Positions 21,701 through 32,639 of a stretch of DNA of 64,000 nucleotides are shown here, piece after piece. The translations under genes and the position numbers were made by a program. Each line of letters begins with the position of its first letter. Position 1 is the stretch's first letter. The notes beneath the pieces are model-generated. The model searched no databases. It was not told where the DNA came from and saw nothing but the letters and a program-made list of their open reading frames with translations. Source of the DNA: Takakia lepidozioides. Lineage: Eukaryota; Plantae; Bryophyta. The stretch spans positions 43,648,001-43,712,000 of the forward strand of contig CM060733.1 of assembly GCA_030704615.1 (NCBI GenBank), in the 5' to 3' direction.

Positions 21701-24440
21701 AATAGGGCCTAGAACTGGAAAACGCCCGAATTTCCAGTTCCAGGCCAGCCACCCTAGGGACTTAGCCCGAAAATGGCTAAGTCCTTGGACGGCAATAGGG
21801 CCTAGAATTGGAAAACGGCGCCGAATTTCCAGTTCCGGGCCAGCCACCCTAGGGACTTAGCCCGAAAATGGCTAAGTCCCTGAACGGCAATAGGGCCTGG
21901 AACTGGAAAATGGCGCCGAATTTCCAGTTCCGGGCCAGCCAGTCTAGGGACTTAGCCATTTTCGGAGCCCTGACTGGAAATTCGGCGCCATTTTCCCTAA
22001 CACCACTTGAGGCCTCTAACATCCTGAAATGCCAGGACTTCAAAGAAGGCAGCGCGTATGTACCTGTACAGAAGGCGCATTGCTGCTTTGTCCGCGTTCG
22101 GCTGGTCGGTGAACTCGTGGCTCCGGCGAGCATCTACTATCTCCCGAAAGAATAGGTTGGTTTTGTAGAGCAGAAAGTACCTCGTCACATAGTCACGTAG
22201 GCTCTCTGCTGCAGGAGATATCTCCATCTTGAACTGATGTGCTTGTGTGTCCAGCTGCTCTTGCGCATTCGTCGTCACCTGTGGAGATTCCCATCAGATC
22301 GCTTTCCTCAAAAAATACAATGAATCCACCCCCTACTAGAGTAGAAGCCCCAAACGAAGCGTGGGGAAGTACCTGAAACCACCATGTCATGTGGTTCACC
22401 CACATGTCGAATGTGGGGTCAGAGAGTTTGTCCGGTTTGGGGAAGCTCCACATGTCCCTGGTACTTTGGGAACCATTCCAGATTTGGAGCCACCGGGTCT
22501 GTCCAACCACCCAGCATATTCGTAAGCGCCAAACACCACAAAAAGGAGTTGTTGCCACCACAATTTGGTTAAGAATGTATCACCTTTTTTGTTGCATCCA
22601 CACAGGATGTGGCTAGACGATGGAGCTTCTCCAATGTCATCGTGGGCTTCAGCGCGCGAGAGTTGCTTCCCCCACCTCCACCAGAAAGTCGGCACCAAGG
22701 GCGGGATCAGCTATGGCCACGTACTTTACCATCCGCGACTTGTACTTTATGCGGGCCCTCACCTCCGCAGCTTTGACATACGATTCGAGTTCCGGGAGGG
22801 TTGGATTCTCTCCTCTGACTCCATGTAGAACCTCCGCGCATGTGCCAAATCCTGCTGTATTTTCGTCTGTCAAGAATGCGCACATAAGATTAGAGATCTT
22901 GCTCAACACAATTTCTTCTATTGGGGGAGGAGAGACAGATTAGCTCAACAAAACTGTCAGGAGCTTTACCCGAAATATGTAGTCCACCATGGCGTCGACG
23001 CTCAGCCTATACCAGGTTCTGTCTGCCTTTGCCTCCGACTTGCGCAGGAGGTCGGCACTGAGGGAATTGGCAAACTCTTGCACCCCCTGCTTCCCGACAT
23101 CCTTCACTCGGAAGAGCATAGGAACAAGTTGGTGGCAATGAAGGCATTCTCAGTCACCCTGCAGTGCCACATTTCCATCAAACAATACTGAAATGGGAAT
23201 TTCCATCATATATGAGGATTCGCAATGAAATGACTTCCAAATTCAAAGTCCAAAAGCGAGAGGGGTTGTAGCTTACGAGTTGATGTCGGCCATTGCAGCT
23301 TTGAGAAGACTGCGATCTTTGGGCCCCGCAACCTTCAGCACAACACAATCCACGGCGAAATGCCAATCGAGGTCGTTGGGTGGGCTTGGGCAATGTGCTC
23401 CATCCATGCCAGGAGGCGATGATTGCCGTCCCACACGTAGAACATCTTACCGGACAAGTGCTGGAAAAGAGGATCACTAGCAATCGATCTCTCGAACTCC
23501 TCATTTCGCGTTTGCCAATGGGAACCCCCATTTTGTCCACCTCATCGGAAGTGGGCACGGGAAGCTCCGTGGTCGTTCTCAATGGAAACATAAAACGCGG
23601 CAGACCCCATTCGATATCCATCCCAGAAAGAGAATTTCAGCTTGTCGATATCGCCTGGGAGGGCAGGTCTCACCACCTGCAATGACACCAAGCGGCAAAG
23701 GGGAATTCGAAGCTTGGCCGGGTACACCATGTCCCCCAGCACCCTACCAATGTTGCTGTGGGTTGCCTCCAACATCTTGGCAGCGGCCAACTTCATATCC
23801 GCCTCAGACATGACGTCTGCTGCAGAGGGTTTTCCGGCAGCCCACCAGGACCGCCAAATCCAGCATGTATGCTCCGGGTTTGGGCCTGGGATGTCCGGAG
23901 GGATGTCATCCTGGTCAGAAAGCTCCCTGTCGTCCTCCTCAACAGGTCAGCCACCTGCGAAACCACCTCCAGCACTCTCCCCCGTCTCTACTGCCCTCTC
24001 CCTGGCTTCACCTCGAACTTGCACAATCCGTGCTCTTTCAGTGTTCTTTCCTCTCCTCCACTCTCCACCGTATGGGTAATTGCGGGGGCTTCTCTTGCCC
24101 GCGATGGTCTAACCGGTGTGTTACTGACTTGCCTCTCTTTGGTGTCTTGGAGGATCCACCGTCTCTGTGCGTCCCTCGCTTACATTGGCATCTGTCATTT
24201 GGGCACCCCTGGCCTCTTCAGCTGTCTTTTCTCTTTCCTCCTGGCTAGCATTCTGTCTCGTCTGTTCTTTTGCCCTCTCTTTTGCCCTCTCACGGGCTTT
24301 CTGTTTCTTATCTTACTAGGGCTAGCAGCAGGGGAGCCCTCCAGGACGACCACCTTTGATTGAGGTGAACTGACACCCTCGCGCGCACTGCTCACTCCCC
24401 CCTCCGCAGCCCGTGACGGCCTCCTCGCCGGGGATTGCAT
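18740..24440 (-). CDS. Multi-exon ParB/Srx-like domain + helical region + beta-class N6A/N4C DNA-methyltransferase-like fusion gene (frameshifted in this copy)
   Basis: Low-complexity N-terminus. ParB-like exon ~23811-23278 (WDGNHR). Further exons at about 23157-22971, 22869-22004 and 21101-19970. The MTase part reads CDMILLDIPDG...LLDDGGCVVVL...RSPAFIQTLMETCSDVQGRILDLTCGT|ASMWAGTLSDRHVFAFEPD (20258-19450), followed by an acidic tail. Exon ends are approximate. Confidence 0.72.
21140..21995. repeat. Intronic ~94-95-bp tandem repeat with two palindromes (CTGGAAAATGGCGCCGAATTTCCAG and GGGACTTAGCC-N7-GGCTAAGTCCC)
   Basis: GGCGCC-type cores at 21146, 21199, 21273, 21345, 21440, 21535, 21629, ~21723, 21817, 21912 and 21984. 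Confidence 0.92.
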
Positions 24441-25469
24441 GTGCTAGCTTTCTTCTTTTTTCTTTGCGTGGGCGGACCCTACTGCATGTGCATGAACAAC
24501 CTCCATTGCCGGATCTCTGCTGTCCTCATGTCCTCACGCCCTTCACCTGCCATGCCGCCTGCACAACCTCCCCATGCCTATTCTGTCGACTTCGTTGCAA
24601 GTCCTCCCCGTCCACCAACAAAAGGTTTAAGTTTGCCCTCTCGCCCCAATTGGGCGATTCAAAACTGCGATGAGTTGGAGCTGTCGATGATACCACCAGC
24701 GTGCCGGGCTCGTCGTCACTCTGTCATTGACAAAAATTGTGAAAAACCAACATCGGTGCAAAAACCCAGCATCGCAACGAGCAGCGCAACCCACCATAGC
24801 AAAATCGTGTAGCAAAATAAAAACATAACAAGTTTTAGGAAGTATGGAGAGCCATGCAACAACAATGAAAACAAATTGCAACCATTGCCTAAAATGACAT
24901 GCACAAGCAGCCTTCTCCAGAGCTGCCGGATTTGCACACGCATTGCAAACAATCTAAGGTTCACTCAACTATCTAAAGTTCACTCATCCAGCGAAGCCAG
25001 GATAAGATGCAAAAACAAAGCGAGTAACAAAGCGACAGCAAAAAAGAAATCAAACAAACCGAAAGCAGATTGGCTTGCCTGAGAGTACTCAGCTCATTGG
25101 CGCGGGTTTGTGAGCAAGACACTGGAATCCTCCTGCTGGAGCTTCAGTTTGGCCATAGCGAGAGATTGGCCGTCGTCCGTAGTACAGAGCTTTCACTTCC
25201 GCCGCGGTCTGGATGTGAGGTCCTCTCAGGAGAGCCACGCCCTTCAGGCGGCATAAGTCCCAACCAAAAAGATCTCCTTTTTGGGGTACATGCCTCGAAT
25301 AGCATTTTAAGCCAAGATTAGCATGAGATTTAGGGTACGTGTCCAGGAACCATGCGTCACCAGCAGCCCGAATTATAAACGACGGCGTCGACATTTATTG
25401 CCCAGCTGCGGCAATTAAGGTCGGATAGCGCCTCCATGTCGGATGAAAATCGACGTAAACGTCCCCTGA

Positions 25470-27230
25470 ATTTCCACGTAGAGGTAATTCGGAGCGCGCG
25501 GATGGAAATCCCCGCCGAATTTCCATCCGCGCAGGTAGGAGCGGCGCGCCAAAATTCCCCTCACGCAGTTAATTCAGAAGCGCGCGGATGGAAATCCGGC
25601 GCCGAATTTCCATCCGCGCAGGTAGGGCTGCGCGCCAAATATCCCTCCACGCAGGTAATTCGGAGCTCGCGGAATGGAAATCGCTCCGAATTTCCATCCG
25701 CGCAGAAAGGCGGCGCGCCAAATTTCCCTCACGCAGGGAATTCGGAAGCGCGCTTATGGAAATCCGCGCCGATTTCCATCCGCACAGGTAGAGGCGGCGC
25801 GAAATTTCCCTCACGCAGTAATTCGAAAGCAGCGCGGATGGAAATCCGGCGCCGAATTTCCATCCGCGCAGGTAGGGCGGCGCGCCAAAATTCCCTCACG
25901 CAGGTAATTCGGAAAGCGGCGATGGAAATCGGCGCCGGATTCCATCCGCGCAGGTAGGGTTTCCATCCGCAAGGTTTCGCGGAGAAAGCGGATGGATGGA
26001 AATCCGGCGCCGAATTTCCTCCGGCAGGTATTCGGAAATCCTGGAGGATGGAAATTCGGCGCCGAATTTCCATCCAGCAGGTAATTCGAATCCGGATGGA
26101 ATGGAAATTCGGCGCCGAATTTCCATCCTGCAGGTAGTGAATCACCGGAATGGATGGAAATTCGGCGCCGAATTTCCATCCTGCAGGTAATCGAATCCCG
26201 GATGCCATGGAAATTCGCGCCGAATTTCATCCTGCAGGTAATTCGAATCCCGGATGAATGGAAATTCGCGCCGAATTTCCATCCTGCAGGTAATATCTCG
26301 CTCAAATTACCTTCCTGCCAGGTAATTCTCATCTGGGAATTACCTTCCTGCAGGTTAATTCGGAACGAGGAATTACTTCCTTACCTTCATCGATGGAATT
26401 ACCTGCGAGAAGTAATTCCGGCGATGAATACCTGCCGATGGAAATTCGGCGCCGGAATCATCCATCCGCCAGCGGATCGACACCGCTGGATGGAATTCGG
26501 CGCCGAATTTCCATCCATCCGGGATTCCACTTACCTGCTGGATGGAAATTCGGCGCCGAATTTCCATCCGGGGGATGGTCTCTGTCGGAGAGGTGCCGGC
26601 CTCTCCGCCGCTCTGTTGGATATTCGGTGCCGAATTTCCGTCCGGGGTTGAAATATGACGGCCAGGTGCCGACCTCTCCCCCTCCCCGACTGCATTGGAA
26701 CGGCCCGGATTGAAATTCGGCGCCGTTTTCCCATCTGGGGAGGTTTTATGTCGGCCAGTTTTCGGTCTGACCCCCGACAAGACTTCCTTTGGGGGGGCCC
26801 GGATGGAAATTCGGCGCCGAATCTCCATCCAGGGGATGCTCTCTGTCGAACACTGCCGGCCTCTACGCCCGAGGCGACTTCATCCGGGCGTCCCCTGTTC
26901 GATATTCGGTGCCGAATTTCCGTCCGGGGGTTGAAATGTGACGGCCAAGTGCGGCCTCTCCCCCTCCCCGACTGCATCCGAACCGCCCCGGATGGAAATT
27001 CGGCGCCGTTTTTCCATCTGGGGATGTTTTTATGCCGGCCAGTTTTCGGCCTGACCCCCGACACGACTCCCTTTGGGGGGCCCGGATGGAAATTCGGCGC
27101 CGAATCTCCATCCAGGGGATGTTCTCTGTCGCACACGCGCCGGCCTCTGCGCCCGAGGCGACTTCATCCGGGCTTCCCCTGTTGGATATTGGGTGCCGAA
27201 TTTCCATCGGGGTAGTAAATGTGACGGCAC
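25470..27230. repeat. Central array of about 20 GGATGGAAATTCGGCGCCGAATTTCCATCC-type palindromes between the divergent genes
   Basis: A perfect 30-bp palindrome lies at 26046-26075. Spacing blocks are ~82-86, 51-53 and 93-96 bp. Confidence 0.92.
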
Positions 27231-27506
27231 GGTGCCGGCTTCTCCCTTCAGCCGTCATCATCCGGACGGCCCCCACTTTCTGACTGCATACCGTTGGCAG
27301 TTATTGCGCAAAGACCAGGGGCCGCATTCCGGAGACAAGGTTCATTAACACTCTGACTGTGGATTTTTGAGATAGTTGGCTCCCTGGATTTGGATCAGGC
27401 TTCGTCGCTCGGACAAATCGGCATCGCATTCATTCCATCGCTGCATCCCCTTCTACCAGGGAGCTTCCCCGCACGCCATCCTGGCAGTCTTGTGTGCACA
27501 TCTCCC

Positions 27507-30500
27507 ATGGCGGAAACCCGAGCGCTACAGTGTACTGCCCTCCTCACGAGCATAGAGCTTCATTTCCGTGCAGAGGGGACACCTGCCGGGTGATGGAGAA
27601 ATATCTGTGCGTTCGATACCACCTGAAACCGGGTCGGTTTTTTTGGAGGAGGAAGGAAGGACTCAAACGGCCTTGTTGTCGAGAGTATTGTTGTGCTCCA
27701 CGATGATTTTCGATGGCAGGGAATGGCGAGTTCCACCATCGGACAGCGTCATATACAGGGCTGTTGGGGACTTCATTTGCCCGCCAAATGCACCTTCTAT
27801 CCTGGCGCCTTCCACGAAACAATCCGCGAATCAGAGAGTGGCTACCTCAAAGAGAGAAGTCCGCAACGAAGTAAATCCAGAGCCGAACCCATCCATGAAG
27901 ACGAGCGAGAACCGGGTTGTTCACAACCTGTCCGACTCAGACGAGGTCATGGAAGTTCCGAGGTCGTCCTGGAGATCAGGCAAGTCCTCAATGGACGTCA
28001 GTGGAGGAGGGAGTCATATTCCCAGCACGAGCACCGCAGTTCGATCTATTCTTGAAATTCTGCGAGGGCTTCACCTGGAGGGACACCGGTCGGAGCTGGC
28101 CGGGCTGGACTACAGCAAGTTCGCAATTAAATCGGTTACATGCCTTCCCGCCGACGTCGACGGTAATATCTTCTTTGAGTTCCCTCCTCGGGCGGACTAC
28201 TCGAGGGCGTCCGGAATGTTGACAGATATGGATAGAAAACATGACGGTCATCCTTGGTGCGTTACCAAAACCACCAGCATGAAGATGCTCGATGGTGTGC
28301 GGGTGCGCTACGTTGTTTGTGCGGGCGCGTTGCGGTGTTCTCCCCAACTTGCTTCCACTTTAAATCCAGAGGTCACAGGAACGAGACCGATTGGACAGGC
28401 ACAGCTCACCAACCATTTCGAGCTCAGGAGAAGGTTCCGAACTCCACATTTAAGTGTGCGCATTGCAAAGAACCACCACACTGCATGTCTGTTTGTAATG
28501 CCAAGCAGTTCTATGTGTTGCACCGTTTCCCTGACCTCACCCGAGCTTGCATACACGTTGGTTCCCATTGTCACAAATTGGCGAGGGGGAACTCGCGGGA
28601 GGCTGCCCACGAAGCAGAGCAGCTCGTTCAGGAGGAGGTTAAGTTGAGACCGCCGGGTGCCAAACCCAAACAGATACAAGCTCCAAGTCGCCCATAAGAT
28701 GGCATTGGCCAGAATTATGTCGGAAGACGGCTCCGATAGAGTTCCTCGACGAGAAGGAAATGGAGGCATTGCTGGAGTCGTGTCCCATGTATGTTCACCG
28801 AATGTCCGAAACCACATTGTCTCATGCAACAGAAATTTGGGCGGTGGCTCGGATATGCACTCCATTCTGGAGGTGAAGCGACGATGTGGATATGACTACA
28901 TTCATGGAAGTAGGTTTCCAGGACAAGGGACTGAGGCAGATCGTTGTTTCGTATTCAAAATGTCCACGTGTGGACCTGGCACGGCGTCGAACTGGTCGAC
29001 AGGATGACGAGTGGGAACTTGTCAACAGTTGGGTCATGTTCGACCATATCAAGCGAATTACAAATCACCAGTGGGTGACAATGGGTGCACATGTCTACGA
29101 CACCCACTGCAGGATGCTAATGACAATTGCTATTTGTGAGATGAAAGGAGAGGACACACAATCGGAGATGCTTCTTTGGCAGGGAATAAACGAACAGATG
29201 GCCAAGGCGGGATTGCCCTCCCAATTTCCGTGGTTTCATGGCGGACAACGCACAAGCAATTGGGCTGCCATCCGAAGGGTGTACGGGCAAGACCCCAATG
29301 TTCCCATGGAAGGCAAGGAGAGATCTTGTGGGTTCCATTTTCTGCAGAGCCTTTCGCAGTATACAACCAGGCTCGTGGCGCCAGATTTCAGAGAGGAGCA
29401 CCGTTCCATGTGCCTTGCGTGGAAGCGCGCTCCCCTTGGATGATGCAGAGACACAGTTTGCATGCATAGGGGTTTGGTGGACATCGTCAGGTGCTGTAAG
29501 GAAATCAGACGAGGGAGCAATGGTCAGTTGGCTAGCATGGTGGCATTATCGTTTCCTCCAGTTCGGCGACTATATGCGGGAGGTGAGTTGCACGAATTCG
29601 CGTCCCGTTGGATATTATTCTTGGCATTATTTGTAACTTGCTTGTAACCTGAACATGTGCTTGTGCAGGAAATGTGTCTCGACTCCGACACCGACATGCC
29701 CACGACAAACATGGCCGAATCAGTGCACTCTTCCTGGCGTGCCTCCTCTACGGCGCATCTGGTGGACATCCTCACTGCCACAACGGAGGACATTGTGAGG
29801 TCAATTATGCAGCAATGCAGGTACAACGAGTTCTTGAAAGGGAAACAGTGGGGCTTGGGGCCGGACAGGCAGGAAATGCTGATGCGGACTGCCTCTAGAT
29901 CGAAGAATCCTCGGAAGTGGGCGGCGGCCTTGCGAGAGGGCCTTCGGGACACGCCATTGCTGCGAAGAGGCCAACATTTGGAAGGAGATGTTCATACCCG
30001 TCCAGTGAGACGAAGACTTGACGAGGCACCTGGCGGAGAAGAAGAGGATTCATGGCGAGCTGACAAGAATATTCGCACGCTCCCTCGTGGTCCCGTGATG
30101 TTGCCCGAGGAGGTCTCGTCGAGCACCGCAAGTCCTGCACGTTCAAGATCGCCATCTCCTTTGAGCACAGGGCGCGTGCCCCGGCAACATAACGAGCCAT
30201 CTGTAGTAAAGCAGTACAACATTCCCATTGTGGAGACAAGAGTGTCGGAGTCACAGTGGAGAATTGCGAGGACATTGCCGGCATTTCGAGGGAAGTGCTG
30301 CGCATCCGGGTGGATACGAGAGCACGTTGTGGTGAGATGATTCGGAGGAACCCACATGGTGCTGTACTACACCTTGTTTCAGCGGCAGATTTTTGACTCC
30401 CACATTTGCTCACGCCACAACGCAGACATTTTGGTTCTGTAGGCACGACATAATGACCTGTGTATTTGGCAAGCCCAAGTACGGGATTCAAGGAATGCCG

Positions 30501-31096
30501 GAGCCTCCGGGCGTCTGGCCTGTTGCACCGGGTTGCAGCCTCTCTCAGAATGAGGCGGATGCTCTATTTGCAGCAGGATTTCGAATGGTGCAACGCACAG
30601 ACATCCCGGCCCACGCATTTCCGGTTCCTCAGACCCAGCCATTGCAGACTGCTCGGTCCAGTAGAGACGGATTGGACAATTCTGCACATCCCACAATGCG
30701 ATTCGGAAGAGTGAAGAGTGAAGAGACGACACCCTCCCAACAAGTTGAATGAGACTCGGATTGCCAATGCTCTTGGGATGGCTTGCACTATTCAGAGCTC
30801 CGTGGACGTACCCCCACCCGGCCTTAGGCGTGTGTATCGGGATGGCAACGGCCGGCTCGGCTGTACGCGACGATGTATACACAATTACGATTGGAGTGGA
30901 GCCGACTTGCAATTGTACGGACTTCTCGTTGATAGAAGCAAAGAAGGGTTCGAAGTATTATCCGTGCAAGCATCTGTATTACATTTACCTGAAGAGGTTG
31001 AGGATGAACGTGACTATTGATGACTTTATTCATGCACCGGCGTTGAGCGTGAACGAGCTGCACAAACTCCTCCTTAGGGATTCCAGAAATCATTGA
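27507..31096 (+). CDS. MULE-type DDE transposase with N-terminal GCM-like Zn domain and C-terminal SWIM finger (frameshifted; intron 29583-29668)
   Basis: GCM-like: HDGHPWC..CAG.LRC..C...CAHCKEPP.C.S.C...IHVGSHCH. MULE D-D-CxxH-E: VMFDH..., FMADNA, CGFHFLQSL, TTNMAESVH. SWIM: CNCTDF...PCKH. Confidence 0.82.
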
Positions 31097-31244
31097 TGGG
31101 GCAAACGGAATCCTCCATATGGATATTTTCAAATGCATTTTGCTGTATCAGACTTTTTTTGCAGTGTAATGAATTGCACCCCAAAACTCCTGGAATGAGG
31201 CAATATTCCATTCAAACTGAGATCCAACAGAAGCAGTTGTGGGG

Positions 31245-31680
31245 CCATTTCTGGAAAAATGGCGCCGAATTTCTCTTTTGGGGCCGAAAACTGGCTAAGT
31301 CCCAACATGCACTGGTACCTGTGTCTAGGAAAATGGCGCCGAACTTTTTGGGGCCGAAAACTGGCTAAGTCCCAACATGCACTGGTACCGTGTCTGGAAA
31401 AATGGCGCCGAATTTCTCTTTTTTGGCCAAAAACTGGCTAAGTCCCAACATGCACTGGTACAGTGTCTGGAAAAATGGCGACGAATTTCCCTATTTTGCC
31501 GAAAACTGGCTAAGTTCGAACATGCACTGGAAAAATGGCGCCGAATTACCTGTCATGAGGGGACCTATAGCCGCGGAATTCGGCACCATTTTTCGCGAGA
31601 GAGACCTATTACCGTGAAATACGTCGCAGTTTTTTCAGGTTACGGACCCTATTACCGCGAAATTCGGCGCCATATTTGCA
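31245..31680. repeat. Right subterminal repeats (CTGGAAAAATGGCGCCGAATTT...GGCTAAGTCCC), ~70-74-bp units
   Basis: GGCGCC-type cores at 31261, 31335, 31404, 31477, 31537, 31582 and 31666. Confidence 0.88.
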
Positions 31681-31841
31681 CATGTCGCTGGGAATTGGCA
31701 TGAGCGGAAGACGAAATATCATGAGCACAACTGTCAAAACTGCAATTTTCCCTTCAAGGGGCCGAATAATATATTTGTTTTTCCTGACACATTGCATTAA
31801 ATTATTGTTTTTTTTGTTTTTTATTTTCGAAATTTGTACTT

Positions 31842-31918
31842 CTGCTCATGAAAACCGATTGTGTTACTACTCTGCTCATGCCGCTCATGCCGCTCATGCT
31901 CATGAAATAGCAAACCTC
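31842..31918 (-). repeat. Right TIR (GAGGTTTGCTATTTCATGAGCATGAGCGGCATGAGC...)
   Basis: Inverted counterpart of the 18522 terminus. An equivalent terminus is at 56850. Confidence 0.85.
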
Positions 31919-32040
31919 CGTGGGATGATGCAATGGTCAGAAGCGATTATTGCGACCGAATACGTGACTAAGTGGGCTGAAGCAATGGCCACCCGCACCG
32001 ATACAGCCAAGGTTGTGGCACGGTTTCTTTATGAGAATGC
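31919..32040 (+). mobile_element. Short Gypsy integrase fragment
   Basis: Reads ATEYVTKWAEAMATRTDTAKVVARFLYEN. Near-identical to 51677-51795. Confidence 0.8.
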
Positions 32041-32639
32041 AAATCAACCTCATGACAAGGCACTATCTAACTTCACCTCGCATAGACAGTATCTTACTTG
32101 ATAGAAACTCATGTCATCTTCCTGAAAGTACATGAAAAGTTAGGGTGGGAGGGTGGGATTTCCAAGACAACCATCACCCTAGAATCAGATGTCATTCATC
32201 ATTGAAGGAGTCTTGTTTTTATTATAATAATAAAAAACCAGGACAAACACCACCCTTTGTACATACCATCAGCAGAAACACTTGAGCCTTTAAAAACGAG
32301 TTGCAGGTGTTGCAATTCCAAAAGCCCAACTGATAATTTAGTCTATGTTCCATGAATGCATAAAGGTCTGGATCTGGATTTCCATCATCTCTCCAAAACT
32401 CAATCAGAGCAGGAGTGCTACATTGAGCATAATCAGAACTTTATGGACAACACCAGCTCAGAGGGTATTCCAAAAAGCCCAGTTTGAAAAATTAAACCAG
32501 ACATTATGTATTTTGAAAAAGCCAGACCAGCCCACTATTTTTTCCAAGTCAAAACAGTGTGCAAAGGTCTTGCTTTCAAATCACTGGGTATGTCCAAAAG
32601 TACTATTTGGTACTTTTCAAACTTATAATAGCGTAACCA

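Larger units (their letters stand above)
18522..31918. mobile_element. Complete ~13.4-kb Mutator-like DNA transposon (family A) carrying a ParB-methyltransferase gene
   Basis: Imperfect TIRs: GGGGGCTGCTATTTCATGAGC... and ...GCTCATGAAATAGCAAACCTC. The right boundary is fixed because the following CGTGGGATGATG resumes Gypsy sequence also seen at 51677. It holds a divergent transposase (+) and ParB-MTase gene (-) plus palindrome arrays. No TSD is visible. Confidence 0.85.

Noticed and set aside
25436-27348. Many overlapping ORFs (MEIRRRIS / GWKFGAEFP / DGNSAPNFH repeats); likewise 21240-21960 and 61279-62654
   Set aside because: They are translations of stop-poor palindromic repeats in all six frames.
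27507-31096. Classification as KDZ/Zisupton or Sola (SWIM finger, GRG termini)
   Set aside because: The core motifs (D...MAD...CxFH..Q...TNxAESxH) fit Mutator better. This still needs HMM and TSD confirmation.
18522-31918. Prokaryotic or phage contamination, or a restriction-modification locus
   Set aside because: The genes have GT-AG introns, lie within TIRs next to a eukaryotic MULE transposase, and are interleaved with plant LTR elements. No restriction nuclease or ParA is visible.
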